This document shows positions 54,657 through 64,000 of a stretch of DNA of 64,000 nt, piece after piece. The notes under the pieces were generated by a model. That model was not told the origin of the DNA. It saw nothing but the letters and a program-made list of their open reading frames with translations, and did no database searches. Both the position numbers and the translations under genes were made by a program. The DNA comes from an uncultured Chloroflexia bacterium (lineage in GTDB: Bacteria > Chloroflexota > Limnocylindria > Limnocylindrales > CSP1-4). The stretch is from positions 1,312,001-1,376,000 of the forward strand of contig CAVVJT010000010.1 of NCBI GenBank assembly GCA_963748625.1. The letters run 5' to 3'. Numbering within the stretch: position 1 is the first letter of the stretch; each line of letters starts with the position of its first letter.

Positions 54657-55946
54657 TCAGGCGCGGGTGAGCCGCTCCGCGATCTCGCACCACTCCCAGA
54701 GGCGCTTGGGGTCGTTACGGGCGGTCGAGATGTCCTTGAGCGTGAACTCCACAGGGCACCCGTTGGCCTTCGTGACGGCCAGCACGTCCCGGATCTCCTT
54801 CTCGGCCAGGTCCGGCACCCACTCGTCCATCGCCACCACGGACGGGTTCGGCTTGCGCGAGTAGACGAAGTCGGGGCCGATCGACTCTGCGGCCTTGTCG
54901 ATCTTGGCCCAGGCGCTGATCGAGATCTTGCGCACGTTGGGGATCGTGCGGATCGCGTCGATCCGGTTGTGCAGCGGGTCGCAGCAGCCGAACTGGGCGA
55001 TGCCGAAGCTGGCGTAGTACGGCTGGAAATACTGCGGAACGTATTCCTCGAAGATGCGGTCCGAGACCGACACCATCAGCTGCGACCGGCCGCAGATCCA
55101 GACGTCCTTCGCACGCACCTTGTCCACGTCGAAGCCGGGGGCCGGGATCGCCGACACGTGGGCGCCGGTGCAGTGGATGCGGTCCTGGTCGTAGCCCAGG
55201 AGGCCCTTCGCCTCGAGCTGGTCCAGCTCGGCCATGCGGACCTCCATGTACCGCTTCGCGATCGCGTGGAGATGCTCGGGCCGGTCCATGAAGTCCATGA
55301 GGATCGGCTCGGTGCCGCGGAACTGCTCGATGTCGTCCCAGAGGCTGTAGGCGAGGAGATTGCCCTCGAAGCCGTGCCAGCCCTGCATCCGCACGCCCAG
55401 GATCCCATCGAGGAGCTCGTGGGCCTTGGCCTCGACCGCGGCGGTGGCTGCCACGTCGAGGGTCAGCTCCGGCTCGCGGAACTTCGCGATGTCCTCGGGC
55501 TCCGCCAGCTGGTCGGCATACGCGTGGCTCTGGACAACGTTGCCCTCGCCCTGGTCGAGGGTGTCGTCCTGGATGCTCAGTCCCCAGCCGGTGGAGCGGA
55601 TGACCTTGCCGAAGTCCATGTACGGACGGACGACCATGTCCACGCGGGCGTGGTTCCAGCGCCACAGCTCGCGGCGGATGCGGGTCTCGACCTCGCGGGC
55701 GAAGGGGTCCGTCGACACGACGGCAAGCTCGTCGGCGCCGGGCAGGCCGGGCACCGCCATCTCGTGCCATGGGATCTCGTCGATCATGGCCATGGGGCGC
55801 TCGGGGTGCAGGTCGTTGAGCGCGGTCCACTCGCGGATGCGCTCGTCCTGGACGGGGAGTGCGGCGATCTCGGCGAGCCTCGATGCGAGCTCGCGGACGA
55901 TGGCGACGTCGGCCTGCGGCAGGCCGGTGCTGGTCTCGGCGGTCAT
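54657..55946 (-). CDS. Uroporphyrinogen-decarboxylase-fold protein, probable substrate-specific corrinoid methyltransferase
   Basis: FRGTEPILMDFMDRPE, FEEYVPQY, FGCCDPLH, RKISISAW and YSRKPNP; adjacent to a corrinoid protein. Confidence 0.7.
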   Translation of the reverse strand: MTAETSTGLPQADVAIVRELASRLAEIAALPVQDERIREWTALNDLHPERPMAMIDEIPWHEMAVPGLPGADELAVVSTDPFAREVETRIRRELWRWNHARVDMVVRPYMDFGKVIRSTGWGLSIQDDTLDQGEGNVVQSHAYADQLAEPEDIAKFREPELTLDVAATAAVEAKAHELLDGILGVRMQGWHGFEGNLLAYSLWDDIEQFRGTEPILMDFMDRPEHLHAIAKRYMEVRMAELDQLEAKGLLGYDQDRIHCTGAHVSAIPAPGFDVDKVRAKDVWICGRSQLMVSVSDRIFEEYVPQYFQPYYASFGIAQFGCCDPLHNRIDAIRTIPNVRKISISAWAKIDKAAESIGPDFVYSRKPNPSVVAMDEWVPDLAEKEIRDVLAVTKANGCPVEFTLKDISTARNDPKRLWEWCEIAERLTRA

Positions 55947-55974
55947 CGTGGGTGTCCCTTCTCTCGCTCGTGCG

Positions 55975-56601
55975 CTACCGGGCCAGCAGGCCGCGGGCCA
56001 GGTCCACCGCGGCACCGGCGTCGGGGGCGTAGCCGTCGGCGCCGATCTGCGCCGCGAACTCGGGGGTGACCGGCGCGCCGCCCACGACGACCCTGGCCGG
56101 CAGGCCGGCGGCCCGCACGGCCTCGACCACGCCGCGCATGCCGGGCATGGTCGTGGTGAGCAGCGCGCTGATGCCGATGATGTGGACGTCGTGCTCGCGG
56201 GCCGCCTCGACGAAGCGGGCCGCCGGGACGTTGACACCGAGGTCGATGACCTCGATGCCGCCGCCCTTCCACATCATGCCCACGAGGTTCTTGCCGATGT
56301 CGTGGAGGTCCCCCTCCACCGTGCCCACGATGGCCCGGAACTCGGGGGTCACGCCGGCCGCGAGCAGGGCGGGCTCGAGGATCTCCGTGCCGGCCTTCAT
56401 GGCCCGGGCGGCGATCAGCATCTCGGGGACGAACAGCTCGCCCTCCTGGAACTTGCGGCCCACCACGTCCATGGCCGCGGTCATCGCGTCGAGGACCGTC
56501 GTGGGGTCGAGCCCCTCGTCGAGGGCGGCCTGGGTGAGCTCCGCTGCGGCCTTGCGGTTGCCCGCCTCCACGGCGGCGGTGAGGGCGGCGAGGTCGGCCA
56601 T
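55975..56601 (-). CDS. Corrinoid (B12-binding) methyltransferase cognate protein
   Basis: FVPEMLIAARAM, B12 motif GDLHDIGKNLV, SALLTTTM, VGGAPVT and GADGY. Confidence 0.95.
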   Translation of the reverse strand: MADLAALTAAVEAGNRKAAAELTQAALDEGLDPTTVLDAMTAAMDVVGRKFQEGELFVPEMLIAARAMKAGTEILEPALLAAGVTPEFRAIVGTVEGDLHDIGKNLVGMMWKGGGIEVIDLGVNVPAARFVEAAREHDVHIIGISALLTTTMPGMRGVVEAVRAAGLPARVVVGGAPVTPEFAAQIGADGYAPDAGAAVDLARGLLAR

Positions 56602-56669
56602 GGTGTCGTTACTCCTGTCGTTCGGTGGTTGGAACAAGAGCCGCCAATCCGGCGGGAGGGTGTTGAGCT

Positions 56670-57620
56670 CTAGGCGCCGCCGGGCGTGAACCTGACCGGC
56701 AGGTTCCACCAGACGTACATGTTCGGGGAGGAGGGGTAGAACACCGGATCGCCGGCAAGCTCGTACTCGCCCAGCACCGGGAGGGCCTCCTCCATCACGA
56801 TCCGGGCCTCAACACGGGCGAGCGGTGCGCCCAGGCAGCCGTGCACCCCTTCGCCGAAGCCCACGTGCTTGATGACCGGACCCCGGTCGAGCGTGAAGGC
56901 GTCGGGGTCGTCGAACTGGCGGTCGTCGCGGTTTGCGGCACCCACCACGGCGACCACGCGCGAGCGCGCTGGGATGGTCACGCCGTGCAGCGTCACGTCG
57001 CGCATCGCTGTGCGGGCGGTCAGTTGGAGAGGGGTCGCCCAGCGGACCGCCTCCTCTACTGCCACCGGGACCAGGGACGGGTCCGCCAGGAGGCGGCGGC
57101 GCTGCTCCGGGTGCTCGGCGAGCAGCTTGAACAGCGTCCCGATCAGCCCCGCCGTGGACTCCACCCCGCCCAGGAACAGGATCATCATCAGCCCCATCAC
57201 CTCGGCGGCCGGCGTGATGTGCTCGTCCGTGAAGGGCACCCCGTTGATCGAGGCATGGACGAGGGTGCTGACGACGTCCTCGCGCGGGTTCGTCCGGCGG
57301 TCCTGCAGCAGGTTGATGAAGTACTCGCGGATGCCCTTGTCGGCCTCGATCGCCTCCGGCGTGAACTGCGGCGTGCCGGGCACCCGGCCCTTGAGCCCGT
57401 GGACCCAGCGCTCGAGCTGGTCGCGCTCCGCCTGGTCCTCCTTGGGCAGGCCCATGATCGAGAAGAAGACATCGAAGGGCGTGGGCCAGGCGATCTCCTG
57501 CGCGAGGTCCACGGTCCCCCGCTCCCGCCAGGCAGCCATGTGCCCGCGCACCACGTCACGGATCGCATCCGCCTGGGCGCCCACCCGACGGGGCAGGAAC
57601 CAAGGCTCTTGCAAGTGCAC
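56670..57620 (-). pseudogene. Cytochrome P450, lacking about 90 N-terminal residues
   Basis: GGVEST, EEAVRW and heme motif FGEGVHGCLGA. Similarity to the paralog at 57774 begins only at xxPRR, next to the 57619 palindrome. Confidence 0.75.
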
Positions 57621-57634
57621 TAGAGCGCTCTAGT
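57619..57634. promoter_or_regulatory. Perfect 16-bp palindrome actagagcgctctagt, LacI-type operator-like
   Basis: Central AGCGCT; a second copy lies at 61158-61169. Confidence 0.6.
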
Positions 57635-57773
57635 ATCGACGCGCGGACAGTAGGACGATGAAGGCGGGTCGTCAATACCCATCCTGCAGCCGAGGACCGG
57701 GCTGTTCCCCGGCCAGGGCACGCGGAGACCTGGCCCCACCGAGCACCAGCCGTCGCCATCGAGGGCTTGCCAA

Positions 57774-59022
57774 GTGGCCGTCACCGGTTACGACCCGTTC
57801 AGCCAGGAGTTCCAGGCCGACCCGTTCACCGTCTACCGGTGGATGCGCGACGAGGCCCCGGTCTACTACAGCGAGAAGTGGAACTGGTGGGCGCTGTCCC
57901 GCTGGGACGACGTCCGCGCCGCGGCGCTGGACCCGGACACCTTCCAGTCCTACGAGGGCATCGACCTCGACGCGACCGCCACCGACCAGGGCGGCCCGGG
58001 CTTCATCCCCAACATCGACAACCCGCGCCACGACGAGCTGCGCGGCGTGGTCCAGCCGCCGATGCTGCCGCGCCGGATCGCGAAGTACGAGGAGTCGATC
58101 CGCGCGGTCGTGCGCTCGCTGATCGACGCGTTCCGCGACCGGGGCGAGGTGGACATCGTCCAGGAGCTGGGCTGGCCGATGCCCAACGAGGTCTTCTTCG
58201 ACCTCCTCGGGCTCTGCCGACGCACGGGAGGAGGGCCGCGAGGACCTCCAGCGCTGGATCCACGAGCTCAAGCACCGCGAGCCCGACAACCCCGACCTCA
58301 CGCCCGTCTCCCGCGCGGCGACGGCCGGCATCAACGCCTACTTCATCAAGCTGCTCAACGACCGGCGCGCCAATCCGCGCCAGGACTTCGTGACGCACCT
58401 GGTCACGTCGCAGATCAACGGCGTCCCCTTCGCCGACGAGGTCATCACGCCCGAGTCCGAGATCATGGGCATGATGCGCGTCCTCTTCCTGGGCGGCGTC
58501 GAGTCCACCGCGGGCCTCACGGGCTCCATCTTCAAGCTCCTCGCCGAGCACCCGGACCAGCGCGAGCTGCTCCTGGCGGACCCGTCCCTGATCCCCGCTG
58601 CCGTCGAAGAGGCGGTCCGCTGGTCCACGCCGCTCCAGCACGCGGGCCGCACCACCTCGCGGGAGGTCACCCTCCATGGCGTGACGATCCCCACGGGCGG
58701 ACGCGTCGTCCTCGTCTACGGCTCCGCCAACCGCGACGAGCGCCAGTTCGACGATCCGGACGACTTCATCATCAACCGCGGCACGTTGCGCCACCTGGGC
58801 TTCGGCGAGGGCGTCCACGGCTGCCTCGGTGCGCCGCTGGCCCGGCTCGAGGTCAGGATCGCGCTCGAGGAGGCGCTCCCGGTCCTCGGCGAGTACGAGA
58901 TCGCGGGCGAGGCGAAGCGGTACATGACCACGCCGAACATGTACGTGTGGAACAACCTGCCGCTGTCGTTCCGGCCGCAGGCGCACGGCGCGTCGCAGGC
59001 CCAGGCGGAGCCGGTCGCATGA
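57774..59022 (+). CDS. Cytochrome P450 (frameshift at about 58212-58230)
   Basis: DPFTVYRWMRDEAPVY and DNPRHDELR, then GGVEST, EEAVRW and FGEGVHGCLGAPLARLE in the next frame. Confidence 0.9.
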
Positions 59023-59977
59023 GCACACCGGTCGAGGCCACCATCCGCGTCCGCGTCGAGCGCAAGACCGTCGAGGCCGACGGGGTCGTGTCGCTGACGT
59101 TGCGCCCGGTCTCCGGCGAGGCGCTGCCCCACTGGCACCCGGGCGCTCACGTCGACCTGCTGTTCGACGGGCTGCCGGTGCGGCAGTACTCGCTGTCGGG
59201 CGTCGCCGGACGACGTGGCCACGTACCGCGTCGGCGTCCTGCGCGAGGCCGGCGGGCGGCGGCGTGTCGCTGTTCATCCACGACGCGCTGGCCGAAGGCG
59301 CGGAGATCGCGATCGCCGGGCCGCGCAACCACTTCCGGTTCGTGCCCGCGCCGCGGTACCTCTTCATCGCGGGCGGCATCGGCATCACGCCGATCCTGCC
59401 GATGATCGCCGCGGCCGAGGCGGCCGGTGCCGACTGGCGGCTGGTCTACGGCGGCCGCACGCGCTCGTCGATGGCGTTCCTCGACGAGCTGGCCGCGTAC
59501 GGCGACCGCGTGTCGCTGCGCCCGCAGGACGAGTCCGGGCTGCTGGACCTGGACGCGCTCCTCGGGTCGCCCGAGGACGAGACCCTCGTCTACACCTGCG
59601 GGCCCGAGCCGCTGCTTGCGGCCGTCGAGGCGCGCATGGAGGCGTGGCCCCACGGGTCCCTGCACCTGGAGCGGTTCGCACCCAAGCCCCTGGCCGAGCC
59701 GGAGCGCGCCGGCTCCTTCGAGGTGGTGCTCGCCAAGAGCGGGCGCACGCTCGTGGTGCCGTCCGACCGGTCGATCCTCTCGATCGTGGAGGAGGCCGGG
59801 GTCCCCGTGTTGTCCTCGTGCGCGCACGGCACGTGCGGGACCTGCGACACGCCCGTGCTCGAGGGCGTCCCCGAGCACCGCGACGCCGTCCTGACCGACG
59901 ATGAGAAGGCGGTCAACGACTGCATGATGATCTGCGTCTCGCGGTCCCTGTCCGACAGGCTGGTGCTCAACCTCTGA
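59019..59977 (+). CDS. PDR/VanB-family FMN/2Fe-2S oxidoreductase (frameshifts at about 59210 and 59260)
   Basis: PGAHVDL, RQYSL, PRNHF, AGGIGITP, YTCGP and SSCAHGTCGTC...MMICVSR. Confidence 0.9.
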
Positions 59978-60250
59978 CGCCCGCAGCCACAATTCGCTCC
60001 GCACGGGTTTGACAACGCTGGTAGATCCGGCGCCGCGCTTGGCCATGCAGGTGTAGCAATAGATCCGCCCCCGGTTGTGCCTGCGGTGCTCCGCACGCAC
60101 GAGCACGTCACCCTGCTGCCTGTTCTGGGCCCTCTGGAGTGCCCATCAGGTCGCGCGTGTGTTCCGCGGGCAGTTCCACGGCAGGCAGGCCGTCAGGTAT
60201 TGCCGCGCGCACACGGCCACTGGCGGTCCAGGCCTGACCGCCGCCGTCGG

Positions 60251-61056
60251 TCAGTCGCCTTCGAGCGCAAGCGCCCGGCGGAACGCCTCGAGCTCGGCCG
60301 GGTCGGTCGCGACGATGTGCCTGGCCTCGGGGTACGCGCCGCCGTGCACGTCGCTCACGAACTCCTGAACGCCGCGATCCGCTCCTGCTGCAGCCGCTCG
60401 TACTCGGCCGCGAAGTTGCGGTACGTCTTCGCGTGGCGCGGCACGTGGCCGGTGTTGTAGCCCAGCATGTCCTCGGCGAAGAGGTACTGGCAGTCCCCGC
60501 CCGTGCCGGCGCCCATCGAGACCATGAACAACGATGTGCGCTTCGAGATCTCCGTCGCCATGTCGGCCGGCACCACCTCGATCTCCGCCCCGAACGCGCC
60601 GGCGTCCTCGAGCGCCTTCGCGGCGCGGTAGACGGCCATCGCGGCATCGGCGGTCTTGCCCACGGCCTTGAAGCCGCCGGTCCAGGTCGCGCGCGACGGG
60701 ATCAGGCCCACGTGGCTGATGACCGGCACGTTGTCGGCGGTCAGCTGCCGGATCGTGGGCAGGCCCGCGGACACGTAGACCGCGTCGGCCGACGCCTTGA
60801 GCATGCGGAACGCCCAGCGGGTGAAGTCGTCGGGGGTGCCCAGCTCGAAGAAGTTGACGCCCGGGACCGCGAAGACCGACGGCGCGACCTCGCGGAACTG
60901 CGGCTCGACCATCATCTCGGGCGGCACCGACACCATCTCGACGCCGGCCTTCTCGGCCGCCGCCAGCTCGTCCCAGGTGGTCGTCCGGACCATCGTGAAC
61001 TGGTGCTTGCCCTTCAGGGCCCGGATGTCGGCGACGGTCAGACGCTTGACGGCCAT
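60251..61056 (-). CDS. PanB-like ketopantoate hydroxymethyltransferase family protein (divergent; frameshift at about 60365)
   Basis: HVGLIPS..TWTGGFKAVGKT, LEDAGAF..EIEVVP, GAGTGGDCQ and PRHAKTY; C-terminal FVSDVHGGAYP is in another frame. Confidence 0.82.
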
Positions 61057-61152
61057 GGGCGTGGGTTCCTCTCGCTGGCGATGGGGATGACCGGGCCGGG
61101 CCGGGACGGGTCCGGTCGGCGCGGGCGTGCGTGCGCATTCTGCGGCACATGG

Positions 61153-61174
61153 CGACCTAGAGCGCTCTATGTCG
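61153..61174. promoter_or_regulatory. Palindrome cgacctagagcgctctatgtcg, LacI-type operator-like
   Basis: The core tagagcgctcta is identical to 57621-57632; it lies upstream of the panB-like gene. Confidence 0.6.
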
Positions 61175-61401
61175 GAAGGTAGAGCGGCAGCGTGTCAAGG
61201 CCGCGCCTGCCGTCACCGCGCACCGACCCACCCCGCTGCACGCTGACCGGGCCAACGCGCGGGTCGCGTGCGATTCCGGCTCGCCCACCGTGCCGAAGCC
61301 GGGGGCGTCGGGCTTGTGAGGCGCGATCTGGCTCGCTGGCTAGACGAATCGAGAGGGCAGCGACGGTAGGCTCGAGGCCGGCAGGGTCCGCCCGATCCAC
61401 T

Positions 61402-61430
61402 GTACCAAGGAATCGCCCGTCCGTACAAGA
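61402..61430 (+). promoter_or_regulatory. GTACCAA-N15-TACAAGA motif upstream of metF
   Basis: Matches 53721-53749 (minus strand) in sequence and spacing. Confidence 0.55.
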
Positions 61431-61519
61431 ATCGTGAGGGGGTCCCGCCACCATCGCACCAGACGAGGGCTGCGAGTCGCCGGTGGACGGCAACAGCGGA
61501 TCGGAGCGAGGTCGGCGTC

Positions 61520-63216
61520 GTGGGCACCCAGGAGACAGGAACGAACACCCTCAGCGGCACTGGCGCGCTGCGCCGGACGCTCGAGACGCCGGGTGGCTTC
61601 GCCACGGTTGTTGAGCTGGTGCCGTGGGCGGGCGCCCTCCAGGACCCCAAGGGCGTCAAGCCCCTCAAGATGGCCGCCGATCTCGCGGGCAACCAGCGGA
61701 TCACCGCCCTCTCGATCACCGACAACGCGGGGGGCCTCGCCAAGCTCCCGCCGGAGGTCCTCGGTGCAGAGGCTGCGAACCACGGCCACGACGTCATCGT
61801 CCACGTCGCCTGCCGCGACCGGAACCGCAACGGCATGCAGAGCCTCGGCTGGACCCTGCTGTCGCGCGGCCTGACCACCGTCCTCGCCCTCAGCGGCGAC
61901 TACCCGGCCGGCGGCCACGAAGGCCTCCCGAGGCCGGTCTTCGACATCGACTCCGTCGGGCTGCTGGACCTCCTCCACCGACTCAGCGATGAGGCCGTCG
62001 CCAAGGCGCAGGCCGACGACGCCGCCAGGCCGACGGCGGACGGTACGACGCCGACCCCGAGGCCAACCGCTTCTACCTCGGCTGCGCGATCGACCCCTTC
62101 AAGCGCGTCGAGGCGGGCCTCGTCCCCCAGCTCCTCAAGCTCGCGCTCAAGGTCCGCGCCGGCGCCGACTACGCCATCACGCAGGTCGGCTTCGACGCCC
62201 GCCGCCAGGACACCCTCCTGCGCTGGATGCGGAACGAGGGCATCTCGATCCCCGTCGTCGGCAGCGCCTACATCCTCTCGGCCCCGGTCGCCCGCGCGTT
62301 CAACGCCGGCAAGGTTGCTGGGTGCGTGGTGTCGGACGATCTGCTCGCCGTCGCCGAGCAGCAGGCCAAGGCCGCCGACAAGGGCCGCGCGTTCTTCCTC
62401 GAGCTGGCCGCCAAGCAACTCGTGGTGGCGCGCGGCATCGGCATGGCCGGCGTCTACATCGCGGGCCAGCGGGACGCGGGCGAGATCGCGCGGATCCTCG
62501 AGATGGCCGACGCCCACCCGGCCGATGACTGGCGCTCGCTCCTCCCGGACGTCTCCTGGCCCGAACCCGACACCTTCTCCCCCTTCGCGTCGGACGGCGC
62601 CGGCCTCAACACCGACGAACTCGATGCGGCGTACGCAACGAGCCTGACCCCCGCCGGGCGCAAGCAGCTCCGCGGTCGGACGCCGTTCTTCTACAAGGTC
62701 AGCCGGGTCGTCCACGCCCGCGCCTTCGAGCCCGGCACCGGCGGGTTCAACGCCTGGAAGCGGGTCTACGGGAAGATCGACAGCGGTCGGCTCGACAAGC
62801 CCGTCCACGTCTTCGAGCAGGCGGTCAAGGCGCCCCTGTACGACTGCCGGGACTGCGGGGACTGCTCCCTGCCGGACATCGCCTACCTCTGCCCCGAGAG
62901 CCACTGCCAGAAGAACCAGCGCAACGGTCCCTGCGGCGGCGGGACGGACGGCCAGTGCGAGATCCCGGGCCACACCTGCATCTGGGCCGACGCGTACACC
63001 CGCCTCAAGGCCTACGGCGAGGAGCGCGCGATGCTGGACCGGGCGCCCGTGTTCCAGGACAACGAGCTCCGGCGCACCTCGGCGTGGGGCAACGCGTTCC
63101 TGGGCCGCGACCATATCGCCAAGCGCCTGGCCGCCGAGGCCGCCGATGCCGCTGCCGGGACCATCGAAGCCGAAGTGGGCGCCACCGCCACCGCCGCCAA
63201 GGAGACGAAGGCATGA
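61520..63216 (+). CDS. metF: Methylenetetrahydrofolate reductase fused to a C-terminal MetV-like Cys-rich domain (frameshift at about 62020-62050)
   Basis: SITDNAGG, HVACRDRN, LALSGDYP, DIDSVGLL and GADYAITQ; C-terminal CRDCGDC...CPESHCQKNQRNGPCGG...CEI...CIW. Confidence 0.85.
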
Positions 63217-63891
63217 CCGAGCCCTGGCTTGCGACCATGACCGTCGAGGGGTTCGTGGACCGCCTCTCGTCCGCCGACCCCACCCCTGGCGGGGGCGCCG
63301 CCGCAGCGATGATCGGCGCCACGGCCGCCGGCCTCGTGGCGATGGTGGCCGCGCTGTCGGCCAGCCCCAAGCTCGACGCCTACCGGCCCACGATCGACCG
63401 CGCCCGAACCACCGTGCGCGAGGCGGGCAACGAGCTCCTCCGGCTGGCGGACGAGGACGCCCGGGCTTTCGAGGCCTTCATGGTGGCCTGGAGATCGACG
63501 AAGGGCATGGAGCCTGCCGAGAGGCGTGCGGTCCTCTCGGACGCCGGACGCGCCTCGCTCGAGCCGCCGCGGGAGATCCTGCGCCAGTGCCTCGCCATCG
63601 CCGAGGCCGGGCGAACACCTGGCGGGACGCAGCAACGTCAACCTCGTGTCGGACCTGCTGTGCGCATCACGCGCAATCGAGGCCGCGGCCCACTGCGCCG
63701 CCGAGAACGTGCTCGTGAACGTGGCCAACCTCGCCGACCGTTCGGAAGCGGACGAGTTGCGCGCAGAGGTGAAGCAGGTGGTGGGCGAGGTCGAACGGCT
63801 CGCGCGGGCCACCCGGCGGATCGCCTCCACGGGCTCGCTCCGCGGCCCGCAGCGCCGCCGGACCGTGCGCGATACCTCCGCCAGCGCGTAG
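63213..63891 (+). CDS. Formiminotetrahydrofolate cyclodeaminase/cyclohydrolase family (frameshift at about 63610)
   Basis: LSSADPTPGGGAAAA and LADEDARAF, then NVNLVSDL...ENVLVN in the next frame. Confidence 0.85.
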
Positions 63892-63942
63892 ACGGGCCCG
63901 AGCCGCGCGGCGGCTTGCCCCGGCGACCGGCGCCGGCCGGGC

Positions 63943-63999
63943 TCACGGGACCTTCGTCACCTCGTCGATGTTCGGGTTGATCGTCGTCCCCTCCTTGCG
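63943..63999 (-). CDS. 3' end of an unidentified CDS continuing beyond the window
   Basis: RKEGTTINPNIDEVTKVP-stop with GC3-rich codons. Confidence 0.4.
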   Translation of the reverse strand, partial: RKEGTTINPNIDEVTKVP

Positions 64000-64000
64000 G

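Noticed and set aside
57774-59405. Apparent P450-reductase fusion ORF
   Set aside because: Frameshift artefact: the P450 ends at 59022 and the reductase starts at the overlapping ATG 59019.
56602-61519. Cobalamin, SAM or THF riboswitch ahead of the corrinoid or metF genes
   Set aside because: I could not identify the conserved riboswitch cores by eye. An Infernal/Rfam scan would be needed to exclude them.

Overview
A very GC-rich bacterial window. The gene content and style suggest Chloroflexota (Limnocylindria/Ellin6529-like), but that is inference. It carries many single-base indel frameshifts typical of an unpolished long-read assembly. Bases 1-31.8 kb are mostly housekeeping: gltB/gltD, TetR, Lon-N, ErpA/IscA, thiolase, enoyl-CoA hydratase, flavin reductase, fumC, ppgK, K+ transport, NUDIX, purE, a GrpB-PurK fusion and two paralogous OmpR-type two-component systems. 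Four features stand out. (1) A complete IS110 element (25091-26345) whose non-coding end contains a readable bridge RNA. Its four guide segments match the element's own junctions, and it inserted into the terminal inverted repeat of a small MITE/REP-like element. (2) Four tandem, divergent Tad minor-pilin triads (long TadE + short TadE + TadG-like; 31.9-43.3 kb), each with its own upstream 12-bp-period direct-repeat box, directly downstream of a two-component system. (3) An HTH-XRE + PD-(D/E)XK nuclease gene enclosed by about 120-bp imperfect inverted repeats built of REP-like palindromes (45.4-46.6 kb). (4) A C1/demethylation island (49-64 kb) combining a GH63-like lipoprotein, a formate channel, a corrinoid methyltransferase system, two P450s with a VanB-type reductase, a divergent PanB, a MetF-MetV fusion and a cyclodeaminase, with shared LacI-like and AraC-like DNA motifs. 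No rRNA, tRNA or CRISPR array was seen.
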